Source: Rickettsiales bacterium (GTDB taxonomy: Bacteria > Pseudomonadota > Alphaproteobacteria > Rickettsiales > JALZUV01). Taken from it: a stretch of 64,000 bases of DNA. Where the stretch lies: positions 35,175 through 99,174 of the forward strand of contig JAQXAR010000027.1 of the NCBI GenBank assembly GCA_029252805.1. The letters run 5' to 3'. Positions 57,451 to 64,000 of this stretch are shown here, piece by piece. The stretch's first letter is position 1. Each line of letters begins with the position of its first letter. The notes under the pieces are model-generated. The model searched no databases. It saw only the letters and a program-made list of their open reading frames with translations, and was not told the origin of the DNA. The translations under genes were made by a program, and so were the position numbers.

Positions 57451-60400
57451 TTAAAACCTCCATTTGAGATGACCGCCCAAACGAGCCGTATCACCTTCAC
57501 TATCACTTGTACGGGCGCCGTAGCTTCCGCGAATTTGTGCTTCAAGTTGTTCTTCGAACATTTGATGCGTTAACTGTCCCGCTACCAGCGGACCATTTCC
57601 TCCCAAGCGGTCATAACTATAACCGGCTTGGATTAAACCATCCGTTTGTGGCGTAAATTGTTCCGCCGCAATCAATGATGCAGTATGTACTTCGCGGCTA
57701 TCCAATAGAGGGAAGTAACGCCCGCCTAGATTGTCCGTAAAGAGTTTTTCACCGATACGATATTCCGCATCAAGCGTGTAGTTAGCTGCCAAGTAAGGCC
57801 CTACCCCTTGTAACGTACGCGTTGCACTGAACAAACCGCTCATTGATTTAGCGACATCATCTTCACCTTTAAGGTTGTAACGGTTAAAGGCGACGCCACC
57901 GTTAAACGACCATAGGGGATTATGAACATAAGAATGATCAAAACCGATACGATCACGTGTCGCATCATCTAAGATACCTTCAATGAAGTCCCAATTGGGG
58001 CGCTGATACTCAGCATAGACACGAGAGACACCCACCGAGTTCAGCCACTGATAGGACATCCCTAAACCAAATGTATCATTATTGCCGTAGAGTGAAGCTT
58101 GAATGCGCTGACCGTCGAGATCTTCGTGAGCGATAAAGATCTCGCCACGTTGCGCATCTTCATCGAAGTTACCCAAACGACCATCGATACGACGTACATT
58201 CACTGCATCAACATCGACTGTCTGTAGTTTCGCACCGATTTCAAGTTCTTCATCGACGTAAACCAAACCTGAAAGCGTCCAGATCTTCTCATCACTATCA
58301 CCAACAGAAACCCATTCGTAATCCACTTTCACATGGTTTTCAGCATCACGACGGATATTGATATCACGTTGCAACGCAAGGATATCTTCGTTTGCAGGCA
58401 TGATCTCATTCGCACGCTCAAGAAGGCGCTGCGCATATTTCCAACGTCCCGTAAAGTTCAACGCGTTTGCGGTATAACCTAACAAGGTCGCGTTATTCGG
58501 ATGCAATTCCGTCAATTCCAGAAGGTCGTTTGTCGCATCATAATGCTCACCTGTTTCCAGATCCACACGTGCATCCAACATTTGGTAACGCACATCCAGC
58601 TCTTCGGCAAAACGCTCTTGCGCCGAGTTTGGTGCCGTCACTGCTGTTAGAACATACCCTGCAGAAAGCGGTTGAATTTCCAAATTGTAGTTAGACTCTG
58701 CCACAATCAAAACTTCGTCATAGCTTTGGCTAACATAGCTTAACCATGGAAATTGGATTTTCGTTGCATGCAAGAGAGCAAAATTCTCCGGTACCGGGCC
58801 TTCGAAGCGTAAAACAGCCTCGTTACCATCCACTTGCACCTGATAGCGCGAAGCGCTTGATGGAGGCAAGTCAAGCGATTGCCCCACATAACCATTAGTA
58901 ACGGTTGCAACTGGTGAAGAAGCCAGCAACTCTTTTGCTAAGTCATAATCTTTCAACTCAATCACACTACTAATGTAATCAGCCACTAAGAGACGGTTCG
59001 CTGGGAACTGCTGAAGACCTGACTGAAAATATTCACGACCTTGCTGCTCATCACCATAGCCAATCAAGCTTTGCGCGGTCTTAGATACAGAATCGATATC
59101 CGCTTCACGCACCACTGAAACTGCTTCCAATGCTTTTGCATAATAAGCGTTCGCAGCATCCATATCGCGATCGCGCTTCAATGTTTCCGCGAGATAATAA
59201 TAGGCTTCATAATCTTCTTCGTGGTAACCAGGATTCTCTTCGCGATACTCAACGTAAGGCGTCAGATATTCTAGCGTTTCAGAGTAATCAGCGCGGCTAA
59301 ATGCCAAGATACCAATCACACGCATCGCCTCTGCATCTCCACCCAAAGCATCATTCAAACGATGGTAAGCTTGCAGTGCATGCCCATTAAGGTTGTAACC
59401 ACGTGCCGCACGAGCAAATAAACGCAGTGCCGATGGGCTGATATCATCACGGCTCAACAAATCATCGCCATAAGCGCCCAACTGTTCAATCTGATTCAGA
59501 GCATCAAAGTAACGATCTTGAACCGGCTTTTCATTCACAAGCTCGGGAAAACGGCTCACAACCGTTAGTAAATCATCGCGCGTTGAATAGTTAGCAACAT
59601 AACTCGCCCATTTAGCTTGCGCCATCGGGTTTGTTTCACTCGCATAACGCGCACCAAGCCAGTCAATTTTATCAATATTTGGACGCGCGCCCCACAAATA
59701 GAGCAGTTGCTGGACAGCCGTGCTTTCTGGAGCAGCACCATCTGCCATCATAGCAAATAAGCTCTCAGCATCCACTCTAAAACCTTTTTCCAAAAGTTGG
59801 AAAGCAATTGAACGACGCGCTTTGTCAGACGTACTAGGATTCATCGCCAAACGCATACGGAAATCGCGAGCTTCAGAATGACGCCCTAACTTATCCAAGT
59901 TACCCGCATAAACTTCAATCCATTGCCCGCCATGGTTACGAGCGAATTCTTCGATGAACGGCAAGACAACATCTGGACGACCTGCATCAAGTAACGCATA
60001 AACCAATGCCTGCTTTTGCTTAAAGCTAACACCTGGGCGACGCATTTCTTTTCCTGCGAATTCAACAAGCTCAGCACTGTAACGATTATTTTTACGAGAT
60101 AATTTCGTTAGTACATACAGATAATCTTCACGGTCACTACCGCTAAGCGTCGATTTCTCACGGAAGTAGGGCAATACCGCCTCATAACGACCATTGGCGA
60201 CATAAGCATCAATCAGGAAGCCTAGATTTTTTTCGGTTTGATAATTTTTCGCTAAGACATCAACCGTATCCAAAGCAATGTTAGACTGGCGATAACGTTG
60301 CGCAGTAAAGTAGATATCACGCAGCGATTCTTCTGAAGCGTTAGGGTTTGAAGCAATCCAGCTTTTAACCACATCTGCTTTGCCATTGGCCGCTGCCAAA

Positions 60401-61800
60401 CGAACATACATCGCTGATACAGCCACATCTTGTGGGTCTTGCTGATAAATTGGCTCAACAAGCGTTCGCGCCATCTTGTAATTACCAATTTCCATATAGA
60501 TTCCAGCCGCTTGCAAAACTTGCGGCTTAGACAAAGCATCCAAGTTCAACGCCTCTAAAAACCCACCTACACAAGAACGCTTACCACTGCGCAAGCAAAC
60601 ATTGGCCATTTGAAGACGCTGAGCATTCGTTAACTCATTTTTATCCACCCCGTTCATAAGGGCTTTCCAATTTGGCTTATTTGTCGCGGCAGCAATCGCC
60701 GCCTGCAAAACATTATAATTAGCCGCGACATTCTCTGAAAGCTTAGCCTCAAGCACAGGCATCAACTTTGATTCAGGGCTAATTAAGGCTAATTCGATCA
60801 ATGAAATCCCTTCGCTCTCTTGCAAGATAGAGAAATCTAGCGCTTGCAGGCGAGAACGCGCCTCTTCATATTCACCATTTTGCGCCAACAGATAAATATA
60901 TTCGCGCTGAAGACCGGTAGGAAGCGTCATCACCCCATCCAACCAACGCAGAACTTCATATCCTTCTGTACGCTTATTTTGTGCCAGTAAAATATATGCC
61001 TTCTCGACCCCTAAAGTTGGATGCTGCGGCAGCTGACCTTCGTAAGGTTCCAGAAAGCGCATCGCAATCTCAGCATCACCACGATAATGAAGCACATTAA
61101 CAAGACGCGCTATCTCCTTCATCTTAGGTTGCTTTTCGGCATATTTAACTGCTGACGCATAAGCATCTTCGACATGATCCAACTCAAGCTGATACGTCAT
61201 CATCACTTCAAGATCATCGAACTTAAACGCGTCAGGATGAACCTGCCATAATTCCTGATATGTCACAATCGCTTCGTCTAATTTTTGCTGCGACGATTTC
61301 AAACGTGCTAAATTACGGTAATGATTGGGCTGACGCGTTTCCGCTGCCCCCACCAACGCTTCAAGTGCTGGCTCCTGTTTTTCATAATCTTGAGAAGCCG
61401 CGTACATTTCATTCATTGTACCGAGTGAATCGGCATTTTTCTCAATACGGTTAATCTCTTCAAGATTTCTCAGGTAATCATCCAGACGTTGCGCAAATTG
61501 ATATAACTTGCCTAGCTCGTGACGAGCTTTCACATTATCTGAATTTTCTGCCACAAAACGCTGCATCACATCAATCGCTTTATCAACATCACCTGACTGC
61601 AAATGCAGATTCGTTAAAGCACTTACGACCTCAACGGTTAGATCGCCGGCTGCGAGTCGCTGCTCGTAGGTCACACGCGCCTGTTCAAATTCCTTATCAC
61701 GGAACTGCATGAGCGCGATCTCACGCGCATCAGGAATTAAGACAAAGCTAAGCGCCGCGCCCAAAACAATAAGTAGTAGTAGTATCAGGTATTTTTTCAT
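57451..61800 (-). CDS. pelB: PelB-like TPR scaffold + C-terminal outer-membrane beta-barrel, extended (1449 aa)
   Basis: It has a signal/TM N-terminus, a long TPR array, and a C-terminal alternating-hydrophobic beta-strand region ending ...RLGGHLKWRF (the OMP terminal Phe). A ~95-aa non-TPR beta-rich insert lies before the last TPRs. Confidence 0.75.
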   Translation of the reverse strand: MKKYLILLLLIVLGAALSFVLIPDAREIALMQFRDKEFEQARVTYEQRLAAGDLTVEVVSALTNLHLQSGDVDKAIDVMQRFVAENSDNVKARHELGKLYQFAQRLDDYLRNLEEINRIEKNADSLGTMNEMYAASQDYEKQEPALEALVGAAETRQPNHYRNLARLKSSQQKLDEAIVTYQELWQVHPDAFKFDDLEVMMTYQLELDHVEDAYASAVKYAEKQPKMKEIARLVNVLHYRGDAEIAMRFLEPYEGQLPQHPTLGVEKAYILLAQNKRTEGYEVLRWLDGVMTLPTGLQREYIYLLAQNGEYEEARSRLQALDFSILQESEGISLIELALISPESKLMPVLEAKLSENVAANYNVLQAAIAAATNKPNWKALMNGVDKNELTNAQRLQMANVCLRSGKRSCVGGFLEALNLDALSKPQVLQAAGIYMEIGNYKMARTLVEPIYQQDPQDVAVSAMYVRLAAANGKADVVKSWIASNPNASEESLRDIYFTAQRYRQSNIALDTVDVLAKNYQTEKNLGFLIDAYVANGRYEAVLPYFREKSTLSGSDREDYLYVLTKLSRKNNRYSAELVEFAGKEMRRPGVSFKQKQALVYALLDAGRPDVVLPFIEEFARNHGGQWIEVYAGNLDKLGRHSEARDFRMRLAMNPSTSDKARRSIAFQLLEKGFRVDAESLFAMMADGAAPESTAVQQLLYLWGARPNIDKIDWLGARYASETNPMAQAKWASYVANYSTRDDLLTVVSRFPELVNEKPVQDRYFDALNQIEQLGAYGDDLLSRDDISPSALRLFARAARGYNLNGHALQAYHRLNDALGGDAEAMRVIGILAFSRADYSETLEYLTPYVEYREENPGYHEEDYEAYYYLAETLKRDRDMDAANAYYAKALEAVSVVREADIDSVSKTAQSLIGYGDEQQGREYFQSGLQQFPANRLLVADYISSVIELKDYDLAKELLASSPVATVTNGYVGQSLDLPPSSASRYQVQVDGNEAVLRFEGPVPENFALLHATKIQFPWLSYVSQSYDEVLIVAESNYNLEIQPLSAGYVLTAVTAPNSAQERFAEELDVRYQMLDARVDLETGEHYDATNDLLELTELHPNNATLLGYTANALNFTGRWKYAQRLLERANEIMPANEDILALQRDINIRRDAENHVKVDYEWVSVGDSDEKIWTLSGLVYVDEELEIGAKLQTVDVDAVNVRRIDGRLGNFDEDAQRGEIFIAHEDLDGQRIQASLYGNNDTFGLGMSYQWLNSVGVSRVYAEYQRPNWDFIEGILDDATRDRIGFDHSYVHNPLWSFNGGVAFNRYNLKGEDDVAKSMSGLFSATRTLQGVGPYLAANYTLDAEYRIGEKLFTDNLGGRYFPLLDSREVHTASLIAAEQFTPQTDGLIQAGYSYDRLGGNGPLVAGQLTHQMFEEQLEAQIRGSYGARTSDSEGDTARLGGHLKWRF

Positions 61801-64000
61801 TTTTTATCCATCAGAATCGAGATACCGATCGGCGCTTTAGGGTTATCTATTACCAAGCGCAGACGATTGTAAACATCTACTTCCGCAATCCGCTCCTCGT
61901 ATATTTTTTCACCATCATGTAGTTGTATTTTGGCTGCAGACGAACTCGGCATCTGAATAACAATATCAGATTTTCCGAACCCTGCTGCGGCAAAACTTAA
62001 CGAATTTTTACTAAATTGCAAGCCTTTAATTTCCCAGTTACTTTCAATGACATAAGGCTGTTTGGCACTTTCATAGTCTTCAAGCTTATCCACAGGCCTT
62101 AGCTTTAGTAATACTTTTTTCTTATCCGCATCCAAAGCAATGTATAAACTGCCTTGATAATACGTCTGCCCAATCACTCCATCTGACTTATCAAAATCGA
62201 CCGTTCTTAGAGTCGCTTCATCAATGCGAATCGTCCTTAACTGCGCTCTATTTTCAATACTCCAATATTCATGGCCTAGCTTACGGAACTTCACCTCGAA
62301 GAAACTATCGGCCATTGCGGCATACTCACTCGCCAAAATAGGGAATACATTTTGTTTGCGCGCAAATTCCAAATTCTCCTTCACGGCAGTTAAAGCAGCA
62401 TCCTTCTCTCCAGAGTAAGTATGAAAATAGAGATTATAAGGTGCCACTCGAATCGGAGATTCTGTATTATTTACCGTCGTTTGCAGGTACTTAAAACCGA
62501 AGAACCGATCCGTCCAAAGGTTCGTATAAGTGTTCTCATTGCTATTAGAAGAATAAATCTGACGTTGCTGACCAATGGGGGCTGACAAAGGAGCTACCGT
62601 CGCATAAGAAGGGTATTCCGTATCAAAGCGCGAGTCGCCCCCATTAATATTACGCAATCCCAACTTACGGGTTTGTGCAATCGCCGCCTCAAAGGGCGTT
62701 GTATTGCCAGACCATTGATAAAGCTTTACTTTTTTTCCACCTAAAAGCTTTTCAATATAATCAATCGAGCCGCGCACCTCTCTATCAAGGTTAAACGGTT
62801 CACACGCATAACTACGTGGTGTCTTATATTTCTTTAATATAACCTCAGGGGAATTACTCGGGTCACGTATACCACGCAGTATTTCCTCTCCTGACTGGAG
62901 AACCGGCTCATATTTCTGATCAATCTGTATTTTCAATTCTTCATCACCAAGGATCATTTCAGATAAAAAGAAGCGCTCACCTGGCTGGTTAGGGAAGAAT
63001 TCCTTAAACGCCTCTTCCTTATGAATATCTCCATCAGCATAGAACCCCCAATAAAGCGGATGACTGTACGTATGGCTACCTGGCTCAACATTATAGAGTT
63101 CCATAATTTTTTTAGCCACAGGCAAACTATCGGGAACCCCATAACAATCCGGACGAATTTCCGAAACAATCAATCCTACCGTAAAGCCAAAATCATCATA
63201 CGGTTTAAACACCTCTTCATAGAGAACTTCAGAGGAGAGAATTTTCTTGTTTTTGTATTTTTCAACTTCCGTCAAGTTGTTCCAACCATCTCCATCAAGA
63301 TGACTATAGAAAACGCGTTTTCCATAAAGCGTTGTGACATCAGGTTTCGGTAAATATGCATCCTCAAACACCTGCTTGGCAAACAAGAAAGGGTTTATAA
63401 ACCACTGGCTTAGAACGAGTTCTTCTTTTTCTTCATTATATAACTGAAACACCCCATAACCTTGTGCAACATACCCCCCATTACTGTTCGTAATAATGAG
63501 ATCCGCGCTCGGGTTTTTATATTGCCGAGCATATAACCTTAAGTGAGTTTTAGCATCGCTACCCACAACACTTGTTGCCAAATAAGGCGTTATTTCTCCC
63601 TGAAATTCACGCTCAAAATTCGTAATCTCGGGCGTTGCTTTCACAATCTTCACGCTATGCACAATATTCACCCAGTCATTGTGATCATGCACCCCAATAC
63701 GATGCATCAATTTATTGAGTTTTTTAACATTTGCATCATCTTCACGAAACTTCTCGGAAACTCCGATCCCGCCCATGACAAGCAATTTCTTACCACTATC
63801 AATCGCCTCATGCATCCAATCCATCATCGGAGTCGGTTCATCTATCGAGGTATCCGTCAAAAACCATGTAACAATTCCACGCACTGAATCATCAAGCTTC
63901 GGCAGTGGCTTGCGAATATCATGATATTTAACAATAAAACCAAGATGGTTTAGCGGCATTTCAAGAAACTGATGAATTTTGGTATAACGAGGATCTCCCT
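61797..64000 (-). CDS. pelA: PelA-like polysaccharide deacetylase, 5' end probably beyond window
   Basis: The frame stays open upstream of the first Met (63959) to the window edge (...GDPRYTKIHQFLEMPLNH). CE4-like motifs are HLDGDGWN and GSHTYSHP. It sits immediately upstream of pelB with a 4-nt overlap. Confidence 0.6.
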   Translation of the reverse strand, partial: GDPRYTKIHQFLEMPLNHLGFIVKYHDIRKPLPKLDDSVRGIVTWFLTDTSIDEPTPMMDWMHEAIDSGKKLLVMGGIGVSEKFREDDANVKKLNKLMHRIGVHDHNDWVNIVHSVKIVKATPEITNFEREFQGEITPYLATSVVGSDAKTHLRLYARQYKNPSADLIITNSNGGYVAQGYGVFQLYNEEKEELVLSQWFINPFLFAKQVFEDAYLPKPDVTTLYGKRVFYSHLDGDGWNNLTEVEKYKNKKILSSEVLYEEVFKPYDDFGFTVGLIVSEIRPDCYGVPDSLPVAKKIMELYNVEPGSHTYSHPLYWGFYADGDIHKEEAFKEFFPNQPGERFFLSEMILGDEELKIQIDQKYEPVLQSGEEILRGIRDPSNSPEVILKKYKTPRSYACEPFNLDREVRGSIDYIEKLLGGKKVKLYQWSGNTTPFEAAIAQTRKLGLRNINGGDSRFDTEYPSYATVAPLSAPIGQQRQIYSSNSNENTYTNLWTDRFFGFKYLQTTVNNTESPIRVAPYNLYFHTYSGEKDAALTAVKENLEFARKQNVFPILASEYAAMADSFFEVKFRKLGHEYWSIENRAQLRTIRIDEATLRTVDFDKSDGVIGQTYYQGSLYIALDADKKKVLLKLRPVDKLEDYESAKQPYVIESNWEIKGLQFSKNSLSFAAAGFGKSDIVIQMPSSSAAKIQLHDGEKIYEERIAEVDVYNRLRLVIDNPKAPIGISILMDKK

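Noticed and set aside
1-64000. Search for tRNA, rRNA, tmRNA, CRISPR repeats, IS/transposase, integrase, toxin-antitoxin or known defence-system genes
   Set aside because: I recognised none by eye in any intergenic gap or ORF translation. Intergenic gaps are short (mostly under 150 nt). A computational scan (tRNAscan, Infernal, defence-system HMMs) would be needed to be definitive.

Overview
This window reads as a densely packed chromosomal segment from an alphaproteobacterium. The markers for that are ALA synthase hemA, usg, an sdhE-mfd pair, hisZ, a HIG1-like protein, a zf-CHCC protein, an NDUFAF6-like protein and a PAS_5-like protein. Hand counts of two 60-nt lines gave about 48% GC in mfd and about 42% in the pel region. 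I support about 52 CDS and found no rRNA, tRNA, CRISPR array, IS element or integrase by eye. Positions 1-51.9 kb are mostly housekeeping: argB, engB, mfd, parE, dapE, hisZ, purA, mnmA, prfB, mrcA, amiC, rne, cysS, cimA, ygfZ, cobA, ctaA and hemA. A few accessory or unusual genes are interspersed among them. Positions 52.0-64.0 kb carry a Pel-type exopolysaccharide locus in the order pelA-pelB-pelD-pelE-pelF-pelG, with no pelC and an oversized PelB. The items most worth a second look are listed here. (1) The pelC-less Pel locus. (2) A two-gene module of a tail-anchored pseudokinase-like protein plus a small polytopic membrane protein with a polylysine head encoded by A-runs. (3) An orphan heme-copper-oxidase subunit-I-like protein sitting among cobA, ctaA and hemA. 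(4) A two-hairpin element repeated about 35-40 nt upstream of both usg and the next glycosyltransferase. (5) A PAS plus degenerate-GGDEF protein that keeps an RxxD I-site. Two sub-60-aa genes missing from the ORF track (a zf-CHCC protein and a Lys-rich 43-aa ORF), the prfB +1 frameshift and the window-truncated argB were recovered by manual translation. All family assignments come from motif recognition by eye. No database search was run.
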